The position numbers and the translations under genes are program-made. The notes beneath the pieces were generated by a model. The model ran no database searches and was not told the DNA's origin. It saw nothing but the letters and a program-made list of their open reading frames with translations. A stretch of DNA of 35,639 bases from a virus (taxonomy: Duplodnaviria > Caudoviricetes). This document shows positions 18,301 to 26,759 of the stretch, in pieces; position 1 is the stretch's first letter, and every line of letters starts with the position of its first letter. The DNA lies in IMG/VR virus record IMGVR_UViG_3300020325_000037, positions 1 to 35,639 of that record; one strand, 5' to 3'.

Positions 18301-18758
18301 GGACGACCAGTCATTACTGTAAATGTATTAGAATCAACTACAGTAACTGCAACTGGAGTATCATAAATCGGATCAGTTGTTCTAGGATATGAGTGATCAG
18401 TCGTATAATTGTCCTTCGCACATCTAAATGTGGTGGACATTGGACGGAACTTAATTGTAGCACCACTGGACAACCCATGAGCGGTTGTTGTGGTAACCGT
18501 CATGATACCAGTATCTTCATCAAGAGATGTTCCAGGTACCGATATAGTTAAGTCTCCAGAACCACCCGAAATAATTTCAATAGCACCAGTAGTTGATGCA
18601 AACTCGTCTCTTGTAAAACTGTGAGTATATAAACCACCAGTTCCAGTATCAGTAACCAACTGCCAGACTTTTGCTGGATAGTTTCCTTTAATTATAATGT
18701 TACCAACGTTAGAAGCACCAGGATTAAAGGTGTAGTTATATACTAACTTCTTTGCCAT
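12393..18758 (-). CDS. Large virion structural protein (2121 aa)
   Basis: Repeated HG(L/F)xxG beta modules, RQTRKYFRYQSGKG, WYGAGKIRFG, Tyr/Ser/Gly-rich inserts and a cupredoxin-like module; late promoter upstream. Confidence 0.8.
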   Translation of the reverse strand: MAKKLVYNYTFNPGASNVGNIIIKGNYPAKVWQLVTDTGTGGLYTHSFTRDEFASTTGAIEIISGGSGDLTISVPGTSLDEDTGIMTVTTTTAHGLSSGATIKFRPMSTTFRCAKDNYTTDHSYPRTTDPIYDTPVAVTVVDSNTFTVMTGRPTGGAISSDNEIIYNFADNKKGGSTYYNSSTDETTLTLKHDTSHLDRLDQLQIFIDIQEDKINFSETFTDPVSKLRVSNPQNLIDTDFEYGLQPTKWETIELVNNIPSFFASSNDYSISDVISVTTTENSENITVTTMEPHGLTVGSPIDVQGLTSRTAEGKYLVTNIISTTQFVYKGKGAQSSTGAINGSYTVIIPGEFYSGSDINIKDEIGIETDGLAPSTLNIETDYHHGFGRGSSLYFTNTIGSRKLTLDETSTDTAPDGRPYVDHEDSLNVTVRNDSSMTETRQMTGYKVLKFHSTAVNTSSNTITWQDHGLQAGDVLLYSAPGSDSPIGGLERFQIYYVKSAPTANTITLCSTSGGNYSGNATINFNSTGTSNYGRHQLILGYEIRYCYKPYYSYTTYFQTRYAYNGSGSGRDMNTYYSNNSGSGYFGMGGVKPQRYLFCRTDSSGLPSNIVYSSGVWYGQGKYSNFQFGNPNLGYNFLEDFQRFNSTSSYYQYSTGNNNFWGHYYNSPGAFYIYYIGGFNYYSSTYEYPGGGDMFFFPLQTDSEADTLYVPNHGFENGGAVTVDTVSGSDIRYRTDTGTSYSTSPSTSTFTSGTTSTVDVQSSNRIKIVGANRIHDAAGTYSVTGNATNPVGNSFYYDGHDLVRGEKLTLSTTGTLPSSTSGAVDPGLSTKSLDTVYSAVKGALDNIKTAMGSDSGVLLINNNSKYYPFSSSFSTIDNGYQYFYWYTNDLYVNHYTQGWSNVFSGGSVSFSSDNRHATGIAWDPFSNTSLAGKGYYHIQTPHAYNQTIPYHVSIFQVPNPANSGGYRTQMYYSSRGGYNYQGNGDLDYVSNSYSNWFSISGGWKYTYETNYTRPSGSGSYHGRIQMKVILMNEGWSGHLDWDNSNIYFPSSNYPWSYEYGYGGTRYHIDVMIPIKSGTSTSRYGSSGSNKTNAQIASDIATAVANRLTQPALAAGTVFANPINANRFGLQTENDVLYNFTNSGTSPFTFQTEEKTGGLDGYYDVDTVTDTTIGHFSNVELPKRVINLDFNNVVSVTGTVYFNKDNYKMRNLQKVVYTSSGGDIDGLMSGNTYYTVADGPDHFRLATSAENASSGNVVSIATTSAGNFTLTVPSIAGISSAPGTIGISSMKSTITGTETLFKRFFRSGDTIKVSDTNQSPPAYREYEIASVIDDTELTIQGNAGIDIDPTFYYVDTKINTRPDGTFIHRPFDGGVEITAGTSPNSSIVRQTRKYFRYQSGKGIQCSVAINFNPSRIINKIIGVGNSSLPAETYLVNVNNNGNGSYNISGDDRNSRVLGENEPLVISKGDTLKIQINAPGHPLWIKTTQSTGSSNAVTTGITNNGAETGLITWDTTSVTPGTYYYNCQNHATMAAPITVEPVGITTTIATATTKYPHGLTRGDSLTIRGSKDAAYNGTFEIQAADDFTFAYYIPPFFSSIPDGILEYSIDSWSNSAVRCGLFDYQNGMFFEFDGTELACVRRSSVQQLTGTVAVTTKSNIVTGSDTNFTGQLEVGDFVVIRGSSYRITNLASKTEMHIQPAYRGIDSNGVILTKTIDTRVVQSEWNIDKADGSGPSGFVLDITKIQMAYIDYSWYGAGKIRFGFKDAKGHVKYMHEFLHNNILEEAYMRSGNIPGRYEIENTSDVLPTYVPSLFHWGTSVIMDGKFDDDKAYLFTASSNSLSFTNGDSETATTTGASTTVRYYDYGQRRYNWYTRIPFANSDAGKFSSGTPLYTVDGGLNGELVDYISYSGNTIYVHIFIGTSRSWYQGPAVYPTADNGEVVNIGAPASGGDEVNLQEQVPLISIRLAPSVDNNLTGSLGQREIINRMQLQLKQLGITLSHDCTVNLILNGAISNRTYENVTSPSLSELVTHVAGDKVIGGTTIFSLRASGGTENAAGKRLSATNDFDISQITDLGNSIIGGDGTFPNGPDILTIAILPIDTGEVNATSPLAVSARITWTESQA

Positions 18759-18800
18759 CTTACAGGTCTACAATAACTTTTATCTTAAGTTATTTAGTTC

Positions 18801-19139
18801 CTATAAAGCTATCGAATATGCTATTGCTAGAGTTTCAGAGACAAGACCTCCAGTATCCTGCCCGATGGTTACATTTACATTTCCACCAGCAGCAGATACC
18901 GTAGTGGCTGCTCCAATAAAGTTTATTTGCGTTACACCAGCACCAATACTATTTCCTCCAGATGATATCCCCAACCCATGGGAAGTAATGTCCATCGTAT
19001 TTGTGGACTGATGAAACGCCATAGCGTTTCCATCACCAATGAAGTTTAGCGTCGTAACTGTAGACGCCATACCAGCGCCACCAGAGTGAATTCCAATACC
19101 AACACCAGATATTGAAATATCTCTTGCCTTTGATGTCAT
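18801..19139 (-). CDS. Small fibre linker protein (112 aa)
   Basis: Two GIxSGG..T(L/Q)(I)NFIG repeats; C-terminal AIAYSIAL. Confidence 0.65.
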   Translation of the reverse strand: MTSKARDISISGVGIGIHSGGAGMASTVTTLNFIGDGNAMAFHQSTNTMDITSHGLGISSGGNSIGAGVTQINFIGAATTVSAAGGNVNVTIGQDTGGLVSETLAIAYSIAL

Positions 19140-19163
19140 TGTAACTTCTGGTATTTTTACTAT

Positions 19164-19193
19164 TTATTAAATGAAAGTCAATTACGAAATTCT
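19164..19193. repeat. 30-nt exact direct repeat, second copy at 28005-28034
   Basis: ttattaaatgaaagtcaattacgaaattct at both loci. Confidence 0.9.
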
Positions 19194-20396
19194 CTCAATT
19201 ATCATTTTTCCATTCCCACCAAATCTATCATTAATAAGAGTACCATTAGTTCTGTATGTATCATAGTCGCTATCAGGAGAGTTGGGCCTAGAAGTATTAT
19301 CAATACTGTTACCATATTCATTAATATGACCAGGACGCCCGTTACCGTTTACGGAAGAATTAGACCAAGCCCATGAAGGATTACCGTTACCTGCACCACC
19401 TAGAGTTCCCGATACATTAGTAGCACCAGGGTATGCATACCCAGAACCACCTCCAGTTCCAGAAGCATTAGCACCATTTTCATCAACAGCGCCACCGCCA
19501 CCATAATATCCACCACCACCGCCACCAGCAGCATTTGCACTACTAACAGGTTGAGATCCATCATATCCAAAACCACCCAGCCATAAAGAACCACTCATAT
19601 AGGGTTCATATAATGTTCCATTATACAAAGCACCAGAACCACCAGCAGATTGTGTTCCACCTCTTGCATACCCCCCATTGTTTGAAGAAGGATTATATCC
19701 ACCAGGTTGTCCATTTCCATTAAATGTACCACCAGCACCACCAGTCATATAGTTTTGATCAGTAGCTCCACCGCCACCACCTGCAATCAAAATTCTATCA
19801 GATAAACCAGTACCATTCAAACGAATATCAGTAGATCCTCCACCACTACCAGAATACATAGAGTCTGAATTTTGAGCACCAGCATCTCCTCCACCATTCC
19901 AACCACCAGGATTTGGATAGTACCAAGATGGTTGAGAACTTCTACTAGCACCACCAGTGTATATACCACCCTGACCAATAGCATACCAAAGAACATCTAA
20001 AGGAGTTATTGAAATTCTAGCTATACCTCTACCACCAGGTGCGCCAAATCCAGGATCAGCATCTGCACCACTAGCACCATCAAGAGTAAATTGATATATT
20101 CCAGTAGGAAATCCAGTAATACCCATCAACACTCCAGGAACAGGATTTCCTCTAGATTGTTCTTGAGGGTGTACTACTGATTGAATTGCTTCACTTACAC
20201 CGTTCCAGGGAACACCTAAAGTACTATAAATGGTAGTCCAATCACTTAGACTCATTCCATAAGAACCCCATTTACTAGGTCTTAAGACTACATTAGTACC
20301 TACATTAAAATTAAATAACGGATCGGCACTACTACCAGAAACTAATTTTCCAGAAGCACCTCCACCATAAGAGAAATATGAAAGAAAAGGACTCAT
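19182..20396 (-). CDS. Glycine-rich adhesin-like protein 4, ALK/LTK-GRD-like (404 aa)
   Basis: GIYQFTLDGASG, GGGSTDIRL, ILIAGGGGG, GGGGYYGGGG. Confidence 0.75.
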   Translation of the reverse strand: MSPFLSYFSYGGGASGKLVSGSSADPLFNFNVGTNVVLRPSKWGSYGMSLSDWTTIYSTLGVPWNGVSEAIQSVVHPQEQSRGNPVPGVLMGITGFPTGIYQFTLDGASGADADPGFGAPGGRGIARISITPLDVLWYAIGQGGIYTGGASRSSQPSWYYPNPGGWNGGGDAGAQNSDSMYSGSGGGSTDIRLNGTGLSDRILIAGGGGGATDQNYMTGGAGGTFNGNGQPGGYNPSSNNGGYARGGTQSAGGSGALYNGTLYEPYMSGSLWLGGFGYDGSQPVSSANAAGGGGGGYYGGGGAVDENGANASGTGGGSGYAYPGATNVSGTLGGAGNGNPSWAWSNSSVNGNGRPGHINEYGNSIDNTSRPNSPDSDYDTYRTNGTLINDRFGGNGKMIIERIS

Positions 20397-20405
20397 CGTT
20401 TTAAA

Positions 20406-21260
20406 TCAAGCAAAATTATTAACGTTAGCAAATATCTGATATCCACCAGATGTTTTGATAATAGTATATGTGTAAATATCATTTCCACTAGCACCTCCTT
20501 CTGTTGGTGCAGAACCACCCAACCACTTCTCTGTTACAGCAGCACCATCAATCGTCAACTGCGCCGAATAACCCGCTGCAGCTGCTGTAGTAATCAATGT
20601 AATAGTAACTGACTCTCCCTCAGCCAATACATTGTTCAGTGTTTTTGAGGCGCTATATCTGATGTTTGGTGTGGATGTGGTAGTTTCTGTTGAAGAGAAA
20701 TAATAAACAGATCCATTCTCAAGGTTGATATTATTATTATCACTCAGTTTACCAGAGATAATATTAACACCCTCTTTCATCAAACCACTCAAGTGAGCAC
20801 CACTAGTGCTCTTGAATAATCCACCAGAAAGTTCCCAATACTTAAAGTGTGTGCCGTCAGACCAATTAAAAGTTTTATCTCCGTCTGTACCAGCAAATAA
20901 AGTTAATCCACCACCGTTAGCAGTAACATTAGTAGGACTTGTTACAGAACCAATTCCAATGTTTTTATCCTGAACACTGAGCGTTTGTGTTTCAAGAATA
21001 GTTTGTACACCGTTGACCGTTAAATCTCCGGTGATTGTTAGTGCTCCACCAACTCTAACATCATGAGCATCAACATAATTTACATTGATATTTGGAGTTC
21101 CAGTAAGACCCTCAGCATTAGTTGCTAAAGTAACAGTTCCATTCAAATTACCATCAAAAGTGGTAGCAGTTAGAACTCCACTAACAACTGCACCATTAGG
21201 AAATGTGGGAGCACCGCCACCTTGTCTATTACTAATATTATCGGCTCTAAGCGTAGACAT
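20406..21260 (-). CDS. Tail-fibre carrier protein (284 aa)
   Basis: MSTLRADNI start, DKNIGIG..ANGGGLTL, C-terminal WLGGSAP..DIYTYTIIK. Confidence 0.75.
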   Translation of the reverse strand: MSTLRADNISNRQGGGAPTFPNGAVVSGVLTATTFDGNLNGTVTLATNAEGLTGTPNINVNYVDAHDVRVGGALTITGDLTVNGVQTILETQTLSVQDKNIGIGSVTSPTNVTANGGGLTLFAGTDGDKTFNWSDGTHFKYWELSGGLFKSTSGAHLSGLMKEGVNIISGKLSDNNNINLENGSVYYFSSTETTTSTPNIRYSASKTLNNVLAEGESVTITLITTAAAAGYSAQLTIDGAAVTEKWLGGSAPTEGGASGNDIYTYTIIKTSGGYQIFANVNNFA

Positions 21261-21290
21261 TAAATTATCCTGGTACCAATTTAATTATAT

Positions 21291-22817
21291 TTATAACCCA
21301 CGAATCATAAAGTCATTATTGTCGATAATCAAATCATGGTTATCAATTCGCACCTCTTCATACTTAACATATGCAATTTGATCTCCTAACTTAGGTGCAA
21401 CTGTTTCGTTTGATGCAGTAGCAACAGTAATAGTTACAGGAGCACTTATAACTTCTGCAAGAAATCCCGTAGTACCAACAGTTTCTTCGCCACCACCAAG
21501 TTGACCTGTAAGAGATTGATTGATATGTAAATTATCAACTGTTGAATTCAGGATAGTATTCTGAACAACAGAACCATGAATCAGAACGTCAACAACATCC
21601 CCAGATATAGCAGGTTCAGTAAGTGTAATTCTAGTAGAGCTAGTCTCAGTGAAATCAGTAGATGATAAGCGAACGCCGTTGATGAATACATCTACGTATC
21701 CAGTATTGTAAGTGTTTGCTAAATCGAAGATTGTCTGATTGGTAGTGACGTTGAATGTTTCCTTATGGATAACACCCGATCCACCACCGCCACTACCACC
21801 AGCAATACTAATTTCAACAGTATCTCCAACCTGTCTAATGCTATTACCAGCACCAACAAAGTTCAGAGTCCTAACAGTACCAATACCAATACCACCAGAA
21901 TGAATGGCAACAACTGGGTCACTATCAATGATGTTAACATTACCAACTCTCCCGTGGAAAGAAGTTACATCACTAACCGCAGGAGATGCATATGAAAGAT
22001 GTCTTACAGATATATCTGCACCATTAGAAGGAGAACCACTGAAGGCAAGAATAGTATCATAAACAGAATATGCACCAGCAAAATCGGTCTCTGTTGGGTG
22101 CTGAACAACACCATCAATCGAAACTACTACAGAAGAATTATTTGGAACTGATCTTGAAAGAACGAAGTCAGTCGTAGTTCCATCGCCAGTAAAATTATCA
22201 ACCTCATAGTCAGTAACATCAAATGATGCAAGACTTTCTACAATAACTTGTCCCCAGAATGCACGCTCATTCTCTGTGGGAGCAGTTGCAAATGCAATAT
22301 TTCCGCCATTCTCAATCGTATATCCTTGAGTTAGAGTTTGTGTATTCTTATTTGGTTTCTGAATAACACCATTGATGGAAATTTGTAACTGTGCCGCATC
22401 AGAAACACTACAAAGTTTTCCATTATCTCTTGTAGGACGAAACTTTGTATTAACACCATCAAATGCAACATTCAATGTATGAGCAAATCCAGCACCAGTT
22501 GACGACAACGATATTGGTATACTGGAAATTGCATCCGATGCTGATGCTGCTAATAAGATATGATCACTATCATGCTTTATAATAAAGTAAACACCATCAT
22601 TAGATAAACCACCAATATCAGTCCCGCCACCATTTCCATAAGTTGTCCTCTGACCTGTTAAGAACCTATGCCCTACCAGTTTAATCCTATTAGTCGTAGT
22701 GTCAACAACACCAGAACTAGAAGGATTAAAAGTCTGTGTAAATGATGATATATCATCAAGTACTCTAAAATTACTACTAGATTCTAGAGTTGGGTTTAGA
22801 TTGCCGATATATGGCAT
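21291..22817 (-). CDS. Tail-fibre / baseplate-associated scaffold protein (508 aa)
   Basis: MPYIG start, LDDIS, ISINGVIQKP, FTGDGTTTDF and VDVFINGVRL repeats. Confidence 0.7.
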   Translation of the reverse strand: MPYIGNLNPTLESSSNFRVLDDISSFTQTFNPSSSGVVDTTTNRIKLVGHRFLTGQRTTYGNGGGTDIGGLSNDGVYFIIKHDSDHILLAASASDAISSIPISLSSTGAGFAHTLNVAFDGVNTKFRPTRDNGKLCSVSDAAQLQISINGVIQKPNKNTQTLTQGYTIENGGNIAFATAPTENERAFWGQVIVESLASFDVTDYEVDNFTGDGTTTDFVLSRSVPNNSSVVVSIDGVVQHPTETDFAGAYSVYDTILAFSGSPSNGADISVRHLSYASPAVSDVTSFHGRVGNVNIIDSDPVVAIHSGGIGIGTVRTLNFVGAGNSIRQVGDTVEISIAGGSGGGGSGVIHKETFNVTTNQTIFDLANTYNTGYVDVFINGVRLSSTDFTETSSTRITLTEPAISGDVVDVLIHGSVVQNTILNSTVDNLHINQSLTGQLGGGEETVGTTGFLAEVISAPVTITVATASNETVAPKLGDQIAYVKYEEVRIDNHDLIIDNNDFMIRGL

Positions 22818-22925
22818 TGACTTCTATTATATTCTGTTTTATTATTTATCCTAAGTATTCCACAACAACATTATATACACTCAATAATTATAGCACATCA
22901 TGCAACAGCATAGTAGATATGGTTC

Positions 22926-23087
22926 TTACCATTTATTAACTGGACAATGAAACTCACGAACTTTACACTTAACTTTTAAGAAGCATCCACAAACATCACA
23001 CCTATGAAAACTTTGTGGAAGATAATGTTCACATTGCTTACACACATCAAATCTTTTTTGTGCATCTTTTTGCTCAAGAAATATCAT
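22926..23087 (-). CDS. Small Cys-rich, putative metal-binding protein (53 aa, start revised)
   Basis: CKQC..CDVCGC..CPVNKW. Confidence 0.7.
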   Translation of the reverse strand: MIFLEQKDAQKRFDVCKQCEHYLPQSFHRCDVCGCFLKVKCKVREFHCPVNKW

Positions 23088-23598
23088 AATCTGGGTGATT
23101 TTCCTCAATATAAGGACTATTTTGTGGTCGAATCCATGATTGTGTGGATTCATCCCATGCATATGGGATATCAGTATCAATAGGCATATCTACTGGTGCA
23201 TTCCACTGCTTAGTTGAATCGTCCCATGTCCAGGAAGCATATGGTGATGATGGTTTACTACTATTGAAAGTAAAAGAATCTCTATAATCAGTACCACGAT
23301 ACAAACACCACATGGATATTGTGTATTCTGTAGTTGGAATTAAAAAAATGCCCGCACTACATAACGGACAAATACCATCCGATGAAATATATCTTTGCTG
23401 ATCTTTAGGATAATTTTGTGCCGAAATAATTTCAGAATTTTTTGTTAATTCATATCCAAATCTAACATCTGTAATATCTACAGGATATGAATCACCAACA
23501 AACTTTATATTTAATTCACTATAACCATGTGCATTGGAAGAATCCTCCAAAATAAATTGACGTGTTTCAATATCAAACTTGATATCTATACTATTCAT
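23074..23598 (-). CDS. Hypothetical protein with Trp-rich C-terminus (possible fibre assembly factor)
   Basis: PSSPYASWTWDD..WNAPVDMP..YAWDE..W; AGGAG SD. Confidence 0.6.
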   Translation of the reverse strand: MNSIDIKFDIETRQFILEDSSNAHGYSELNIKFVGDSYPVDITDVRFGYELTKNSEIISAQNYPKDQQRYISSDGICPLCSAGIFLIPTTEYTISMWCLYRGTDYRDSFTFNSSKPSSPYASWTWDDSTKQWNAPVDMPIDTDIPYAWDESTQSWIRPQNSPYIEENHPDYDIS

Positions 23599-23610
23599 AA
23601 TAATCTCCTA

Positions 23611-24789
23611 TTAGACTTTATATCTTATCATAACAATTCCAGGTCCACCATTACCACCAGTGTAAGTTGGACTACCACTACCATTACTTCCAGCACCACC
23701 ACCACCTCCACTATGAGCACCACCAGGTGCGCCAGGTGAATCACCGGGTGAGGTTGGTCCATTACCACCAGGATTTATTGAAGAACCACCACCTAGTGCA
23801 TATCCTGGTGCACCAATTCCACCAGAACCACCACCTCCACCAAGTCCACCATCACCATGATAGTTTGCATCAAATGGTGTTGAACCAGGTGGTGTCTGGC
23901 AGTATCCATCAGCAGCACCGCCGCCCCCCCAATAATAATTATTTCCATCAAAATTATGTTGATAACCATTACCACCATTAGCACCACCGGATTGATCCGC
24001 CGGGGTTTGGCGAGCATTTATTCCACCCGACCCTGCACCTGCACCACCTCCACCTCTGCATGGACAACAGTATCCGGATCCTTGACCACCAGCATTATTA
24101 TATGCATTAACTATTCTATCAAATTGACCCTTTGGTGTTGATATTGTGTTTGTTGCAGATCTGTAAGACCAATGCGAATCTCTTGGATTAGCCGGGTAAT
24201 TTTCACCACCAGTGTTAGCAACATTAACGTTCAAAGTCGTATTATCAGGATGACTAAATGAATATGATTGTCCAGCTCCACCACCTGCAACTTCTATCTT
24301 ATCATTTGCACCATTATATTGAAAATATGATGGCGATCCATTACTGGACGAGTGCGACCAACCTTGATCACCGGTACCACCTTGTCCAACACCAATAGTA
24401 TAAGTTCCAGGAGCAATACCAGTAGGCATTCTATATACTGCAACACCACCACCGCCGCCGCCACCGCCGAGGACAGCACCTCCACCTCCACCACCAACTA
24501 AGAAAATTTCAATTCGACCATCAGTACCACCAGCACCACCATTTGGACTATTATCACCAGATGCTGTAAATGTAGCAGTATGTGGGGCACCACCAACATT
24601 TGGACTAGCAAGAAAGGTGTGTAAGTTATAATCTTGCCCATTGATATTAATCTGAGTTACTGTACCTCCAGTAAAAGTTCCAGCTTCACTAGCACCAGAA
24701 CCACCTGCCAGAAAACCAAGACCTCCACCAGAACCTTCCAGTCCCAGAAGAGGTGCTTCCTTTTTAAAGAAGTTACTGAATATACTCAT
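23611..24789 (-). CDS. Glycine-rich adhesin-like protein 5 (392 aa)
   Basis: YNLHTF, IEIFLVGGGGGG, IGVGQGG, GGPGIVMIRY; KKEAPL N-terminus. Confidence 0.75.
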   Translation of the reverse strand: MSIFSNFFKKEAPLLGLEGSGGGLGFLAGGSGASEAGTFTGGTVTQININGQDYNLHTFLASPNVGGAPHTATFTASGDNSPNGGAGGTDGRIEIFLVGGGGGGAVLGGGGGGGGVAVYRMPTGIAPGTYTIGVGQGGTGDQGWSHSSSNGSPSYFQYNGANDKIEVAGGGAGQSYSFSHPDNTTLNVNVANTGGENYPANPRDSHWSYRSATNTISTPKGQFDRIVNAYNNAGGQGSGYCCPCRGGGGAGAGSGGINARQTPADQSGGANGGNGYQHNFDGNNYYWGGGGAADGYCQTPPGSTPFDANYHGDGGLGGGGGSGGIGAPGYALGGGSSINPGGNGPTSPGDSPGAPGGAHSGGGGGAGSNGSGSPTYTGGNGGPGIVMIRYKV

Positions 24790-24802
24790 TGTCTACCTCC
24801 TA

Positions 24803-25792
24803 TCAAGCGTAATTGGTCATAGCACCAAATATTTCATATGAATTTGTTGCTGATCCATCTTTAAAGATTGTAAATGTATAAACATCTCTACCAGATGAAC
24901 CAGCACTAGGCGCTGAACCACCAGACCATTTTAATCCAGCAAAAGGCGCTACTCCATCAACTGTAGCAGCATTGATATAACCAGAATTATTTGGTGTGAG
25001 AATGACTGTGAAAGAAACTGATTCTCCATTAGCAAGTGTAGAGTGTACTCCAGTAAAGTTTACTGTTTGAGCACCAGACTCATTGGTTGTAAATCTATGA
25101 ACGTTACCAGAACTAAGAGCAACATCATTACTTGCTGCTGCTAATGTAGTTCCTTGTTTATACTTTTCAACAAGTCCACCCTTGAAGACTCCTACTCCAT
25201 CTACTTCACATTCTCCAACAACTCTTACACCAGCACTAGTAGTGAGGAATTTACCACTATTACCAAAGCTTAATACTACATCACCACCAGTGCCAAAGTG
25301 AACACACCTATAGTCATTTATACCAAGTTCAAACCACGACTGCGTTAGGTTATTACGTAAATACGCAGACCCAACTCCAGCCTGACCAACGGTGGTATCT
25401 TTTAAGAATATCGTGGGTGAAAGACCAAAAATGGATAGATTTGAAGTTGGGTTTGTGGTTCCGATACCAACATCACCATCAACTGCTAAACTATCAACCG
25501 ATGTAACAGCAGTATCGATAGTTGTTGTGGTTCCGTTTACAGTCAGGTTACCAGTAACTGTTGCATCACCACTTACACCAAGATTACCAGTAACGTCAGC
25601 ACCAGTAGATGTTGCTTGTACCTTTACACTGCCGCCAGCACTTAACGAAGATCCACCAATACCGGAAAGTCCAGAACCATCTCCACTAAAAGATGTTGCT
25701 GTTACAACACCTGTAACAACAACGCCATTGGGTAAAGACGGTGCTGAACCAGCAACGCGACCAGTTATTGAGTCAACACTTAATTGCGACAT
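24803..25792 (-). CDS. Tail-fibre carrier protein (329 aa)
   Basis: MSQLSVDSI start, VGIGTTNP, C-terminal WSGGSAP..DVYTFTIFK. Confidence 0.75.
   Translation of the reverse strand: MSQLSVDSITGRVAGSAPSLPNGVVVTGVVTATSFSGDGSGLSGIGGSSLSAGGSVKVQATSTGADVTGNLGVSGDATVTGNLTVNGTTTTIDTAVTSVDSLAVDGDVGIGTTNPTSNLSIFGLSPTIFLKDTTVGQAGVGSAYLRNNLTQSWFELGINDYRCVHFGTGGDVVLSFGNSGKFLTTSAGVRVVGECEVDGVGVFKGGLVEKYKQGTTLAAASNDVALSSGNVHRFTTNESGAQTVNFTGVHSTLANGESVSFTVILTPNNSGYINAATVDGVAPFAGLKWSGGSAPSAGSSGRDVYTFTIFKDGSATNSYEIFGAMTNYA
25476..25718. repeat. Three exact blocks shared with other carrier genes
   Basis: 25476-25540 = 6095-6159 (65 nt); 25568-25608 = 11039-11079 (41 nt); 25673-25718 = 6283-6328 (46 nt). Confidence 0.9.
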
Positions 25793-25817
25793 CTGATTAT
25801 ACTACCTTTTTACTTAT

Positions 25818-25991
25818 TTATTCAGTTACGACTGCGCCACCAAAAGAATAAATCTCACTAGCAGCAGTTGTTTTATTAGTATATCTCTTTCTATCCGCAT
25901 ACTCAGTAGTCCAAGCGGTACCACCAGTATAATAGACAGTACGCTCGGTACCAAGAATGTTTTGCTGTTTAGCAACGTGATAGTTTGCCAT
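25818..25991 (-). CDS. 57-aa late protein, probably structural
   Basis: Not in the ORF track. MANYHVAKQQNILGTERTVYYTGGTAWTTEYADRKRYTNKTTAASEIYSFGGAVVTE; late promoter at 26014-26020. Confidence 0.7.
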   Translation of the reverse strand: MANYHVAKQQNILGTERTVYYTGGTAWTTEYADRKRYTNKTTAASEIYSFGGAVVTE

Positions 25992-26019
25992 CTTTACTAT
26001 AACTGTTTTCAGTTATTTA

Positions 26020-26751
26020 TTACCTTGCCATATCAAATGCACAATGTGCTCTCTGACCATCTTGAAGAACGTAATGAAAAAAGATTTGATGGTAATAATA
26101 TTCTTTTGCTTTTCTCCTAAGAATAATGTCCCTCTTCCTACGTCTTGGTGTAGGCATAGGATCACGCCAGTGAGGTCTTTCACATCCTTTATATACCATA
26201 CCATCACCAGGTCCAAGAATTACTGAGCGATTTTCACCTGGAGTTTTTATTATATTCTTATACTTATCTGTATATGTGTCTGGAGTTTTAATCCAAAGTG
26301 GCCAATCTTTATCCTCACCTTCTAGGTTGGTGCTGATATGAATGGAGACAGAGATTTCACAAGCGTCACGATCAGCATGAAGAGTCAGTGCTTGTCCAGG
26401 ATAGTAAAATCTATCATAATAATAGGTATTATAAAGTTTGCGTCCAAGTGCTTTTTCCAATTTCATACGAACACCAGAGTGAATTTGACGATATTGAGGA
26501 TGCCAGTAACGTGCTGTAGAACCTTCCACCTGACCTTCAACAGGAACATGACTATAATGTTCAGGATTTTTGTCCCAATAGTTGTACTGACCCCTTTCAA
26601 GAGGAACTGGATGATACAGTTCTTCTGGATCCCAGAGATCTTTGATTACAAGATATCCATTTTTATCAAAACTTTCATTACGAGTCCATGTAGTACCCGA
26701 ATTCATTCTTTCTTGGAACTGAAGTTGTTCCATAGTCATTTCTTCCGCCAT
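26020..26751 (-). CDS. 2OG-Fe(II) oxygenase-like protein
   Basis: LHADRDACEISVS (HxD), GDGMVYKG..PHWR, QIFFHYV. Confidence 0.75.
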   Translation of the reverse strand: MAEEMTMEQLQFQERMNSGTTWTRNESFDKNGYLVIKDLWDPEELYHPVPLERGQYNYWDKNPEHYSHVPVEGQVEGSTARYWHPQYRQIHSGVRMKLEKALGRKLYNTYYYDRFYYPGQALTLHADRDACEISVSIHISTNLEGEDKDWPLWIKTPDTYTDKYKNIIKTPGENRSVILGPGDGMVYKGCERPHWRDPMPTPRRRKRDIILRRKAKEYYYHQIFFHYVLQDGQRAHCAFDMAR

Positions 26752-26759
26752 AATTTACC

